Below are positions 12,539 through 25,803 of a DNA stretch of 64,000 bases, one piece after another (positions within the stretch are counted from its first letter, which is position 1; every line of letters starts with the position of its first letter). Origin of the DNA: Octopus sinensis (Eukaryota). The position numbers and the translations under genes were made by a program. Location of the stretch: positions 48,670,001 through 48,734,000 of the forward strand of contig NC_043015.1 in the NCBI RefSeq assembly GCF_006345805.1, in the 5' to 3' direction. The notes beneath the pieces were generated by a model. That model saw only the letters and a program-made list of their open reading frames with translations. It had not been told where the DNA came from and made no database searches.

Positions 12539-13790
12539 TTTATTACCTCCACCTTAGTAAAAAGGCAGAGGTATTGTTTTCACTTGTGTTTGTTTGTTTG
12601 TCCATGGACAAGATATCTCAAGAACCGCTAGATGGATTCGAATGAAACTTTCAGGGATGTTTGGCCTTGTGACTCACACGAACTGATTAGATTTTGAGAT
12701 CGATCCGGTGCTGGACAAGGATTCCGGATTATTTCTTATATTTACTTTACATGAAGTATTACAATCTCTGATTATCTCCCTTGAAAGGATCCTCGTGGTT
12801 TCCACGTAAATTACGGTGGCATTGCTGTTTCCAAAGTTTTATTTTCATTTCTTTATTATTTTTACTTGCGTCTCTATCTTAGTAGAAACTGATGGATAAA
12901 GAAATCAAACTGCATAAACAAATGGCAGCAAAACTATTCAGAAATGAAATAACATTAACAATAATAAATTTAATTTATTCTTGATAATTTTTAGTCAAAC
13001 CAATTTTGAATATATCGCTCCTGTTTAAAACCTCTTACCTACTTGACAATTGCATTTCTAGTTCTGCCTTGAAGGAAGCTTTACTTCTTGGACTCACATT
13101 TTTGTGTGCAACGATGTTGTTAGACCTCCTTTAACCCTTTCATTACCAACCTGGCCAAAACCGGCTCTGGCCCTGTTGTACAAGTGTCTTGTTTTCATAA
13201 GTTTTTCATTAAAATATACCACCAAACCTTAGTCGCAATTTATGTTCCTAACACTAGCTTAATGATAATTAAGTTATTTTACTAAATTCTTTGTTATATT
13301 TAAAATAATTGAAAGAAACACAGAGCATCTTAAAATAAATACAGTAACGAAAGGGTTAACAGCTCCATATGTAGGTCCTTTCCGGATTTTTTCATGCACT
13401 GATAAATTTTTCACTATAGACCTTAAATGCTGTAAAAACACTATATCTGTGGATAGACTAAAAAAGGGTCTTCATCAGAGAAAACTGTCCCTGTTCCCAC
13501 TGCAGACAACACACACACACACAGCATTACAAACACAGCCTGCACACCCAACTTCACATTCCATGGCTACTATTGGAATTGATCAGGTATCAAACTAGGA
13601 TTCTAGATTATTTTTCCATTTTTTAAAATTTAATTTTTTTGAGAGCGGTCAGGTTCATTTTTTAATATTCTCACTTGTGAGAGCAGTTGAGTTTATTTCG
13701 GATATTCTCCTTTTAAAAATGATCTCTGGCTAACCGTTGAGAGGACGGTGTTGCCTTGGCAGAGGTCTGCACTCTCTGAGTGCTCTTGTT
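12539..13790 (+). mobile_element. Helentron/DINE-like non-autonomous element (HINE)
   Basis: 5' ttattacctccacc with nearby inverted ggcagaggta; 3' ggcagaggt subTIR followed by hairpin gcactctctgagtgc and a T-rich end. Confidence 0.5.
13135..13355. mobile_element. piggyBac-like MITE nested in the HINE-like element
   Basis: TTAA|CCCTTTCATTAC ... GTAACGAAAGGG|TTAA. Confidence 0.8.
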
Positions 13791-14015
13791 GTTCTTATTT
13801 TATATCCTATGTTTCTCTGGAAATCTTTTGTCACACATCTTGTAACAAGAACAATTATAAAATAAATCTGAAATAAAGAACAAATATATATAGTGCGTTT
13901 GTTTATTTGACAAAAAGAAGGAAAAAAATGACCATCCCAAAATATAACAATTACTATTTGATGTTTAAATATTTAAAGATGAATGTTCTGTTAATGGTTG
14001 GATTTTTATTTTCAG

Positions 14016-14200
14016 TCCATAATGCAGTTGTAACAGTTGCTGTTCTTGCACCCAATCCACAATTGATGCTCAAATCCAACACTAATACTGGAACATCAAG
14101 CTCAGATTCAGAAATATCAGACGAGAGAGAGATTATTGTCAGTGCAGATTTCACAGGTGCCGTCAAAGTCATGCAATGTAGGATAAAAAATTCTGCTTGA
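14016..14200 (+). CDS. WDR44: WDR44 last coding exon
   Basis: ttttcag|TC CAT...TGA; (V)HNAVVTVAVLAPNPQLML...EIIVSADFTGAVKVMQCRIKNSA*; phase 1 start matches; resembles the WDR44 C-terminus (HNAVVT...SADFTGAIKV). Confidence 0.93.
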
Positions 14201-14700
14201 TTGTTGGAACCAATCTCCTGTTGTTTTAAACTTCTTGCTCAACTCTAGACTGTTCAGCAGTATCTCAAATGCTAATCAAATCTTGATAAATGGTTTCTCA
14301 AGAACACATGAAAATACCAATTCCAGTTAACAGAGCGGCTGATTCAAGGAAAGGTGCCAAGCTATATAAACATTTGCTCCTAAAATTTAGTTTCATCTGG
14401 TTAAAGATAGCATCAGTAAAACGGATATAAAATGAGCCAGCTCTTCTGTTATATTACAGTGTTATCTTTGCGTATATCGTTCATCCAGTACCAGGGCATT
14501 GTTGATTTCTTTTGAGTAATTGTTTCCAAATAATAAATTTGTTTTGGTTAAGCCTTTTAGCACTTCTGCTAGGAGCTAACTTGAACTATGACCAATATTT
14601 CTCGTATAAAATTCACATGTTAATCTGTGATACCACTGGTTAATACTGAGACATAAACAATCTTCCTTTAAAATATATTCCTTTTGAGTATCGATCTTTT

Positions 14701-14706
14701 AATAAA
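14701..14706 (+). terminator. candidate WDR44 polyadenylation signal
   Basis: AATAAA ~500 nt after the stop, followed by a U/GU-rich tract. An alternative AATAAA lies at 14532-14537. No transcript evidence. Confidence 0.4.
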
Positions 14707-14787
14707 AATCTAGCTTCTGTATCTCTGTATTTTCTCTTTAATATTTATTTTTTAACCAGAAATTTTCCCTTTTCAGAATTCCTATAC

Positions 14788-15006
14788 CAGTGGTTTTCAA
14801 CCAGGGTTCCGCGGAACCTTAGAGTTCCGCCAGTACAGTCCAGGGGTTCCACAAGAAGTTACAAAACTGCTAAAATCGGCAGTAATTTTTAATTCTCCTG
14901 TGCAGATATGTGTGCATAAGACTATTAAATTATTGCACAGGGGTTCCTCAAGCCAGTGGAATGTTTCCTTGGGGTTCCGCTCCAGCAAAAATGTTGAAAA
15001 GCACTG
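14788..15006. mobile_element. hAT-like MITE
   Basis: TIRs cagtggttttcaac / gttgaaaagcactg; perfect 8-bp TSD tcctatac on both sides. Confidence 0.85.
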
Positions 15007-15719
15007 TCCTATACTAAACATATTACCATTACTAAACTTAATACCATTATTTGACTTACATGCAAATTATTTGCTAATTTTAAGATTGCTAAATAAGTAC
15101 TGTGAAGGCACACAGCTCAGTGTTTAGAGCATCGCACTCATAATCATGAGTTAGTGAGTTTGATTCCTGGACCAGGCTGTATGTCATGTTCTTGAACAAG
15201 ACACTTTATTTCATGTTGCTCCAGTTCACTCAGCTGTAGAAATGAGTTGCAACGTCACTGGTGCTAAGATGCATTGGTGTTTGCCTTTCCCCTGGATAAC
15301 ATCAGTGGCATGGAGAGGAGAATGGCATAAACAGGACAGAATTGGAAGCACATTGTGATCAGTGGTGTACAATAGCATCTGATGGCCTGGTTGATACTGT
15401 GATGCTTTATTAAAATACAGGTATACATGCAAGAAAGAATCAAGTAATTGAAGATATTAAAATATAAGAAACATTTATGAGATATTTAACAGTTAAATAT
15501 CCTACTCAACTACATGCATACCATGCTGGTATGCATGGGTGACTGCTGGTCTTCCGTAAACAACCTTGCCCAGACTTGTGCCTCAGAGGGGAACTTTCTA
15601 GGTGCAATCCCATGGACAGTCATGACTAAAAGGGGGTCTTTATTCTTTTACCCTAAATAAGTACCAGTGCATGACCCATTGTTTCATGTTTGGAACAAGT
15701 AATGCTATGCTTCATGATG

Positions 15720-16206
15720 GATGGCATTTTTCCTCTCTAAAGAATGTGCTCAAGATAAAGGTAGATAATATGATACATAGCAGACTCTTCAGTAGCACCT
15801 TCCTACCTGCACTCTTATATGCAAGTGAGATATGGACTGCTATTATGAAGAGGATAGAATATTGACCGTGGAAAGATCTATGGTAGAAATGTCATTATGA
15901 CAGCACTAGCTGACCATGTGCCATCAATAATGACTGCTAATTGTTGTATTTTATATATAAATAAGGTAGATAATAATCACACATACAAACATTCACATAC
16001 TTCCCTTGTACACACATATACTCACATAGAGTTGAAACGCTGATTTTTTTCACCCTTTTTTTCTCCATTCATCTATCACCCCTTCCTTTCTCTCATTGCT
16101 ATTACTTTCTCTCACTCCCTCTCAGTAAGGGATATTACTCTCGCTACTTGTCCTTCACTGAATTACTATTTTCTCTCTTCCTCCGGTGTAATTCTGGACA
16201 AATAGG

Positions 16207-16243
<37 letters not shown>

Positions 16244-16830
16244 TAGAAAAAAACACCTTTTATCAATTCAAAATGAATAATTAATTTATTCCTTCAAATA
16301 ATGATTATTATATATATATCATCATCATCATCGTTTAGCGTCCGTTTTCCATGCTAGCATGGGTTGGACGGTTCTACTGGGGTCTGTGAAGCCAGAAGGC
16401 TTCATCAGGCCCAGTCAAATCTGGCAGTGTTTCTACGGCTGGATGCCCTTCCTAACACCAACCACTCCGTGAGTGTAGTGGGTGCTTAAACACTATGCTC
16501 ATTATTATATTAGGAAATATCTGAAATGAGATAATTCAAGTGGAACAAGTGATGTGATTGCAGAATTCTGAAAGCACAAGTTATGATGGGCCACACGTTG
16601 CAAGGCTCACAAAGAACAGGTGGACCTGCGCAGGTGTCATGTGGTATCTAAGAGATTGGAAAAAGGTTACTTGGAAAGCCTCCATAATAATGAGAAGATA
16701 ATTCAGTGAAGTAATTTGGGCCAAGATGGCAAAGAATGGCATAAACAGGACAGAATTGGAAGTGCATTGTGATCAGTGGTGTACAATAGCATCTGATGGC
16801 CTGGTTGATACTGTGATGCTTTATTAAAAT
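15720..16830 (+). mobile_element. decayed RTE LINE in two pieces (~15720-15900 and ~16560-16830)
   Basis: LFSSTFLPALLYASEIW, then GPHVARLTKNRWT..WYLRDW (WAGHV/RWT/WxPR-type C-terminus); split by SINE and microsatellite insertions. Confidence 0.6.
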
Positions 16831-17469
16831 ACAGGTATACATGCAAGAAAGAATCAAGTAATTGAAGATAATATTAAAATATAAGAAACATTTAATAGAT
16901 CAAAATACAAATACACTTGTGTTAGCTTAGTTCTGTCTGAAGTTGAGTGTTTTTATGTATAGTGTTGACTACTATGAAGTCCTTAAGTTTTTAGTTCTAT
17001 TAATAGTCTTATTTCTTGTACTTAAGACTAAATTATTCTCTTTTTTAGAGCTCTTTGATTTTAATTTATGGTGGCTTGCAGTTGTTATATTGTTTGCTAA
17101 ATTTAGTGTAGTTGAGTAGGATAGTTTAACTGTGGATATGTTAAATATCTCATATTTGTGCAGGGGATGAAAGTTGTCTTTTTTTTTCTCAGGACACCAA
17201 AGAATGTTTGCCAGAAAGGTAAAATCAGTATTTAATAAACTGTTACCAGTGAAGAAAGAAAGACATGCCAAAATTCTTTTGAATAGGTGATAAGGTATAT
17301 GTAAGGATGTAGAAAAATGGCAAACAATATTGGGAAGGAGAAATTGTAACATACATGGTATTTTCACTTCTGGCTAAGGTTCACATTTTGTAGTAGGTAG
17401 TTTCACTGCCAGCTCAATCCCCTGTGGCCTTTTACAAGGTTTTCAACTTCCTTGTCCAAACTTTTACTC

Positions 17470-17745
17470 CTGAGAGGTCTAACTTTGAAAAAAATTTTCC
17501 TCCATTTAGTTTAGCAAAAACTTCTGGGCTTGGAAGTAGGTAATTTTGTGTGGGTAAGCAGTTGTTTAACTTGGTTGAGAAGTCTGCACACACTCTTACC
17601 TTATTATTATTTTTTTTTTACATACACCGCCAGTCTGCATGGTCAATCTTTTCAATTATGTTCAGGTTTTCTAGTTCTTTATTGATCTGGTCTACTGCCG
17701 AAAATAGCACATTCCATTCAGGCCAGAAAATAGGCGTTGAATTTT
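17470..17745 (-). mobile_element. Ty3/Gypsy reverse transcriptase N-terminal remnant
   Basis: Manual translation with frameshifts: AVDQINKELENLNIIEKIDHADW / KKNNKVRVCADFSTKLNNCL..NYLLPSPEVFAKLNGGKFFSKLDLS. Not in the ORF track. Confidence 0.8.
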
Positions 17746-18427
17746 CATTGTTCCTTGAGTTGTTGCTGTTTTAGCAACTTGACTAACCCAGCTAACAATT
17801 TTTGGCATATTTTTACAACTTTTGCAATTTTGTACAATAAGACTATTGTTTCCCTTTTGTTGAGATATTTACATTTCCATGTGAATTAAGTTCTTTTTTC
17901 ACTGCATACATTTATTTTTCCTCATTACCACGGTTGTAAAGTAGTCTTTTGCCATTTTTGTATCTGTCTTTTGAAACAGTTACCACTCTGACAGATATTG
18001 TTATATTACAGAGTCATCAATAGAATGTTTCTTTTTGGCACCATACGACCCCCAATCCTACTGTGTTGTTATCCTTAAAGGGCTGGATCATCCACTCAGT
18101 GTCACAGTATAATTACTATATCAGCACAGACATGACTATCAATTCAGTCTAGACATTCTCTTTTTGACCTTCTCCTGTTGACTGGCTATTGGTCTATTTT
18201 TAGTGGCTGGCTACTACTACATTTTACTGGGATGGGTGCACAGTTGGGGGTAAAGTCTCAAATGTAATTTCTTCCTGGTAGGAATTGGTTGGGTTGAATT
18301 ATCGATAGCTGTTTGATAGTTATTTGGGAGTGAAGAGAAGACATTGCAACCTACACATGCGCCTTCGTTCCCCAGAGGGAAAGGACTAGATTGGGATTAG
18401 TCGTTGCCTACTTTGGGCTCTTGCATA

Positions 18428-18455
18428 CCCGGGCAACGCCGGGCTATGCTGCTAG
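18428..18455 (+). mobile_element. Helitron 3' terminus
   Basis: cccgg-gcaacg-ccggg hairpin, then CTAG followed by T; same signature as at 12096 and 41099. Confidence 0.7.
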
Positions 18456-20616
18456 TATATATATAAATCTGGCTTTCCATTGGTTACAATAATGAGGGTC
18501 CTGGTTGATCCAATCAATGGAATAGTCTGCTTCTGAAATTAGCATGAAGTGACTGAGTACTCCACAGGCATGCATACCCTTAACCCTTTAGCATTTTAAA
18601 ATGGCAATATCTCACCAAAATATTCTACTTGTTTTATGTTCGTCTTCATATATATATATTCTTCATATATATATATATATATATATACTTTTTTACTTGT
18701 TTCAGTCATTTGACTGTGGCCATGCTGGAGCACTGCCTTTACTCGTATAAACCAACCCCTGGACTTATTCTTTGTAAGCCTAGTATTTATTCTATTGGTC
18801 TTTTTCGTGAAACCACTAAGTTACAGGGATGTAAACACACCAACAACGGTTGTCAAGTGATGGTGGCATTCAAACACAGATATATAGATATATGTACATA
18901 TATACAACAGGCTTCTTTTAGTTTTCGTCTACCAAATCTACTCACAAAGCCTTGGTCAGCGAGAGGCTATAGTAGAGGATACTTACCCAAGGTGCCACCC
19001 GGTCAGACTAAACCTGGAAGCAAGCTTCTTATATATATGTATATATATGTATATATATATATGTATATATATATATATGTATGTATATATATATATGTAT
19101 GTATATATATATATGTATATGTGTATATATATGTATATGTGTATATATATGTATATATATGTGTATATATATGTATATATATGTGTATCATCATCATCAT
19201 CATCATCGTTTAACGTCCGTTTTCCATGCTAGCACGGGTTGGACGGTTTGACCGGGGTCTGGGGAGCAGGGACTGCCCCAGGCTCCAGTCTGATCTGGCA
19301 GTGTTTCTACAGCTGGATGCCCTTCCTAACGCCAACCACTCCGCGAGTGTAGTGGGTGCTTTTTACGTGCCACCTGCACAGGTGCCAGAGGGGTCTGGCA
19401 TCGGCCACGATCGGTTATTGCCTTTTTTCGTTGCATTGCGGCAGGGGGGAGGGTTCCGGCAGAGAGGAGAGAGGCAGAGAGAGTGGGGGGGTGCATGTAA
19501 TATAGGGGAGCACCAGTGGGGAAGGTTTGGGGTAAAGAGAAACGATGACAGGTAGGGTTGGTGGCAGGTTCTAGACAGAATGAAAAGTAGGAAGTAAAAC
19601 GTAGGATATCACGAGTGGGGGAGGGGGCTGGAAGGAGATAGCCGGTTGAGGCAGTGACACATTTCAAAACAGAGGAACATAAGATAACAGGTTAAGTGGG
19701 ACGTTTGATGAGCTGCAGCGCTAGCTGCTTCTGTCCAGGGGGAGAGAGGCAGGGGTAAAATACATAGTGACAAAGTATATTGAGGAGGAGGGGTAGGAGG
19801 AACAGACACACGTAGTGGTGGCGATGGTAGAGGGGATATCCGGTGAGGATGGTGTAAACAGTGTGTTCTCCGGTATGGGTGGTGGGGGTGGGAATTGAAC
19901 TTACGAGCTTAGAATTATTAGCCAAGCCTTCTAACCACATGCCTTCAATAGACTGGCACTTCATCGGTTACATGTATATTCCAGTTGAATTTGATCAATG
20001 GAACAGCCTGCTTATTAACATGCAAGTGGCCGAGTACTCCACAGATGCATGTGCCCTCAATGTAGTTCTCAGGGAGATTCAGTGTGATCCAGAATGTGTC
20101 ATGGTTGGCCCTTTTGAATAACAGCTACAACTCATTTTTAGCAGCTGAGTGGTATAAAGTGGAATAAAGTGTCTTGCTCAAGGATATGATTTGCCCCTGG
20201 AAATTGAACTTAGGATCTTATAATCATGATCCAAATACCCCTAACCACCAAGCTACATGCCTTCACCGGTTATTGACTCCGGGGGGGGGGCAGTGGTAGC
20301 TGTGGATAGAGGAGACTCTTTTCTGGCTTGTTCCCCGCCCCCAGGTTTGTGTTGCAAACTTGAACAGTGCAGGATATGTCAGTGTCACTTGTAGCAGAGG
20401 CAAGAGGTCACTGTTGGGTTGTCTTTTGTTCAAAGAAATACCCAGACAAGACACGGTTCCGCTTGGCGTACTGTTTGTGTTGAATAGAGAGAGAGAGAGA
20501 GAGAGAAGAAAAAACACAGAGGGACAGACAGACAGTATTCTGTGGGAGAGAGAGAGAAATACACAAATGTACTTCACAATGTAACAACTTGAATTATAAT
20601 CTCTCTATATAAACTA

Positions 20617-21165
20617 TTGGGTTGTCCGGAAGTTCGTGCCGATTTATAGTAGCCTACCTTTTGACTTATTTTAGAACATGATTGAGTCCATAAAAGAGGA
20701 TTTGACTACACCTCCATTTAGAGCTGTCTTTTCGTGGAAGAAGTTTTATGTTCCTATAACCTGTGTTTATTCTGTAACCCTTTAAAATGGAAGATAAGAA
20801 AATTCATTTATGGCACTTGATACTTCGGGAACCAGACAAAAATTGCTGCAGCTCGGCTGGGATGTGTTACCACCCCACCCCATATTCACCAGATATTGCT
20901 CCTTCAGATTTCCATTTATTCAGGTCTCTGCAGAAAAGTCTTATTGGTAAACATTCAATTCCTTGTGATGTAAAAAGATAGCTTGATGAATTCTTTGCCA
21001 TGAAAACCTCAGTTCTGGGAAGAGGTATTTTCAAGTTAAAGGAAAGATGGAGATGCATTGTGCAACAAAATGGTTCATATTTGGTTGATTAAAAATGTAA
21101 TGGCAAGTATTTATTGACCTTTTTCTTTCCTTTAAAAATCGGCACGAACTTTCCGGACAACCCAA
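20617..21165 (+). mobile_element. internally deleted mariner (549 bp)
   Basis: TA|ttgggttgtccggaa TIRs; MEDKKIH start fused to YSPDIAPSDFHLFRSLQ...ERW..IVQQNGSY C-terminus. Confidence 0.85.
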
Positions 21166-22457
21166 CATGTGTGTGTGTGTGTGTATTTCCTTTTCTCAAC
21201 ATAGCAAGTTAGTTGTAAATGAGTGTTGCTGACATCTAAGCAGTGTCATTCATTTTCAGCAATCTGCAAGAACATGTCTGGCCATCTGAAAATAGTATGC
21301 TTGGAAACAGGTGAGGGTTGATGACAAGAACTGCATCTGGCCGTAGAAAAGATTATCTCAATAAACACTAATTCATAAAAAAGAGGATGTTAAAATGATG
21401 ATGATGGTGATATACACACATACACATGTATATACATAACCATCAGCCTCGTCTGGCACCTGTGCCGGTGTCACGTAAAAGCACCCACTACACTCATGCA
21501 GTGGTTGGCGTTAGGAAGGGCATCCAGCCGTAGAAACATTGCCAGATCAGACTGGGCCTGGTGCAGCCTTCTGGCTTCCCAGACCCCAGTTGAACCGTCC
21601 AACCCATGCTAGCATGGAAAGCGGATGCTAAACGATGATGATGATAATGATGATATACATACATGCAGGGCCAGCTCTAGGCACCCCAGGCGAGCTGAAC
21701 ATCAGCATGTACAAGCTGACAGTCATGGAAATTTCTTTGTATTTGTCATGCTCTGCTTGGCACCCTCTAACACATGGTGCCCTGGGTGACTGCCCGAGTT
21801 GCCGGAACCTTCAACTGGCCCTGCATATATATATTTATATCACGTGATCACGTGACCGACCTGACCATCAAATGTTGTTACACATCGCTGGTTTTAGCCT
21901 TCGAATGACGCCACCCTGCTGGCTAAGCGAGCAGGCCAACAAAAGAAAGAGTGGGAGAAAGTGTGGTGAAAGAGTACAGTAGGGATCACCACCCCCTGCC
22001 GGAGACTCGTGGAGCTTTTAGGTGTTTTCGCTCAATAAACACTCACAACGCCTGGTCTGGGAATGAAACCAAACCGCGATCCTGCTACCGCGAGTCCGCT
22101 GCCCTAACAACTAGGCCATTGCGCCTCTACATATATATTTATATATAAATCAAGGAAATCATTGCTGAGTACTTGAGAGATATCTAAAATACAGTATAAA
22201 CCTTCTACAGCTTAGCAACGAAGCCATTTGAAATAAATGTGAACAGATGTTCACAAATGAGACAATCGATAAATGGATAAATGATGTAAATATATACATA
22301 GGTGCAGTGTGGGTGTGTGATAAAGAGCTTGCTTCCCAACCGCATAGTTCAGGGCCCAGTTCGAATCCATGGCAACTTGAGCAAATGTCTTTTACAATAG
22401 TCTCAAGCCAACCAAAACCTTTTGAGTGGATTTCGTTTATGGAAACTAAAAGAAGCC

Positions 22458-22459
<2 letters not shown>

Positions 22460-22543
<84 letters not shown>

Positions 22544-22631
22544 TATATATATATATATGTATATATGTTATGTATATATATATATATATATGTATATATA
22601 TGTATATATATATATATATATATGTATATAG

Positions 22632-22721
<90 letters not shown>

Positions 22722-22897
22722 GTATATATGTATATGTATATATTATATATGTATATGTATATGTATATATATATATGTATATGTATATGTATATATATAT
22801 ATGATATATATATATTATGTATATGTATATGTGTATATGTATATATATATGTATATGTATATATGTATATGTATATATATATTTATATATATATGTG

Positions 22898-22936
<39 letters not shown>

Positions 22937-22950
22937 TATAATAATAATAA
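22460..22950. repeat. compound (TA)n/(TATG)n microsatellite
   Basis: Pure low-complexity tract; comparable blocks at 19030-19190, 25260-25800, 27110-27640, 29960-30195, 35620-35800 and 57660-57920. Confidence 0.95.
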
Positions 22951-24110
22951 TATTAGGGAATAAATCTAAACTTACAGGGAAAAATTAGATTTAGGATTAA
23001 ATCCAATTTATTATAGTATAATATATTATATTCTATTAAATTAGAGATAAAACCACTATTAAGCAAATCAAACAGTGAAAAACATAAGCCAATACATAAA
23101 ATTAATTTAAAATATAAAAGTTAAAAATTAAAATATTATTAAATAATTTAAACTTATAAATTTTAAATATATATATATATACAAATATATATATGTATGT
23201 TTGTATATTTTTATATTAATATATTATTTTATTAATTAATTAATTATTTATATTTATTTATTTATATATATATATTTTTAAATAAATATCAAAAGTATTA
23301 AAAGTTTAATAAAAGATAAAGAGTAAAACACTACGATCGTTTCATGGCTGTACCAGTTCGAATAACAATAATTTAAATTCAATTAATAATTTGAGTTATG
23401 GTTACAGTCAATCTTCAGGTTAATTGAAATATTTTAAAAATAATCAGAAATATTTAAGCAATATTTTAAAGATATAATAATATAATAATTTTACTTATAA
23501 AAACTCTTTTATCAAACTAGAAACTTAAACTTAACATTTATGATTATATCAAAATCGATTATAATGTTAAATATTAATTTTAATTATAATGTAAGAAACC
23601 CACCAATAATCTAATATCGGTAATAGTCTATATCTAATTACATAAATATTTTTTTTTAAATGACTATTATATAAATTATCAATGAAAAATATAAATGTAT
23701 ATAACTATTATGATTAAGATCTAAAATAATCTCTATAAATAAATATATATTCACATATAATAAAGACCTAATAAATAAATTTTTCATATTTAAGATGAAT
23801 AGCAAATTTCAAAAATACTAACAAATAAACTTAAACGAACTTTCGGAAATCTTATTTAAAATACTCAATTCGTAGTAATATAGTATCGAATAAATACTAT
23901 AAATACTATAATTATATTTATCAACGGGAATAACTAGCGAATATCAATTGAAAAAGACAATAACTAAGTTATGCTATTAAGTTAGACATGGCCTGGACCA
24001 ATGTTTGGTCGAAACATATCTAAGTTTATCAAAGTTTATCTAATTTTAATTAAAAGAAATTTAAAACTACAATTAATACTATTAATACATGTATATACAA
24101 AACCCTAACT

Positions 24111-24459
24111 TTAGCTCATGTAACACAATCGTTATAACGAGCTGCAAAGAACTATCGTCAATATAAAAGGAAGCATTAGCAATTATATTTGGTGTAAAAA
24201 ATTCCACAGCTTTATTCATAGAAGAAGTTACTGTCTACAAACGGATCATCGCCCACTACTGTCAATATACGGTTCTAAAAAGGGAATACCAACACACCCA
24301 CACACACAAATAGGCTATAGTGATGGTGCACTACATTATTGAATTATGACTACAAAATGGAATATTTACTGTCAAAAAATAGGGCATGCAGATGGTTTGT
24401 CCAGACTGATACTGAAACACTGTGAGCCATTCAAAGATATGGTAATTGCAGCTTTAAGA
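24111..24459 (+). mobile_element. Ty3/Gypsy RNase H remnant
   Basis: AAKNYRQ/EKEALAIIFGVKKFHSFIHRRSYCLQTDHRPLLSIYGSKKGIPTH...GHADGLSRLI, with frameshifts. Not in the ORF track. Confidence 0.85.
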
Positions 24460-25412
24460 GAATAAGTCCTGGGGTCGATTCGCTCGACTAAAGGCAATGC
24501 TCCAGCATGGTCGCAGTCAAATGACTGAAACAAGTAAAAGAGTGAACCCAAGAGAATGGGAAAACTAATAGAATGGTTATTCGATACTTTTCAAGTACCA
24601 ACGCCACTACAGGTGATTGAACCCAGGTGCACAAGCGTAAGAAAAAGAAATGTATGGAGTTCCTGGAAGTGGATGCAAAGCAGAAATAAAATATTAAATG
24701 TGTAACTAAGAGAGGAAAAAAATCTTAAAACAGGGATAGGGTGATATAAAAAGTATTGCTGTTAAAAAAAATATAATGACACACCCTAAGAAAAAAAAGA
24801 AAAACTTTAAAGGCGAGATATTGTGGGGATATAGCAATAATGGTCCCCCCTCCCACGTGACAAGTGGCATGTGCTAGTCATTATAAATAAAGGGACAGAA
24901 AGAGAGTACGCAGTATATGGTCATAGTCTTGGTCTTACTCGTCTTACTAACTATACTACTATACCAGAGTGGACATTATAATAATCTGACATTAAGGACC
25001 ACAACAGAAGAATATTTTGTCGAATTAAGCTACTGGTCTCTCCAGCTGAACCACTAAGTTGGAAGGATTTAAACACCACAACAGCGGTTGTCAAGTAGTG
25101 GTGGGGGTACAAACATAAAGACACACACACACACTCACACACACATATATATATATATATACACATACACACACTCACGCGCCTCCATATATACATAAAT
25201 ACATACATGCATACAAACGCATACTCATGTAATAAATAATGAATAATAAATAATAGATATATATACACATGCAGTTACCCTTTGTACAGACGGAAACATA
25301 CATAATAGCATACACGTATATACCTATCTGCACATATGCATATATACATACATACATGTACATACACATAACTCTACATGCTTACATATACTTAAACACA
25401 CGAGCGTACACA

Positions 25413-25458
<46 letters not shown>

Positions 25459-25803
25459 CATATATATATATATACACATATACATATATATACATATATA
25501 TATATATATATCACATATACATATACATATATATATATACATATACAGACAATACTACATACACATACATACACACACATATACACATACATACATACAA
25601 TACATACATACATACACATACACACACATACACATACATACACATACATATACATATATATATACATATATATATCTATATATACATTACACACACATAT
25701 ATATATACATATACACATACACACACACACACATATACACATATATATATATGTGTGTATATATACATACATACATACATACACACATATATATACACAC
25801 AAG

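Noticed and set aside
16972-17367. 131-aa minus-strand ORF as a host exon
   Set aside because: No recognisable family motif; it sits among TE fragments and is possibly a decayed LINE tail, which I cannot support.
22247-22988. Long YI/YV/CI-rich ORFs (also 18629-19213, 25269-25901, 27035-27701, 29957-30235, 35515-35924, 57583-57962)
   Set aside because: They are translations of (TA)n/(TATG)n/(CA)n microsatellites, which lack stop codons in some frames.
23981-24025. GACCA-atgtt-TGGTC-GAAAC as another hammerhead
   Set aside because: No CUGANGA core upstream and stem III is broken.
22950-24060. Mitochondrial insertion (NUMT) in the very AT-rich block
   Set aside because: No recognisable mitochondrial gene, rRNA or tRNA sequence. 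The hammerhead-like motif and (TA)n flank favour a retroelement origin.
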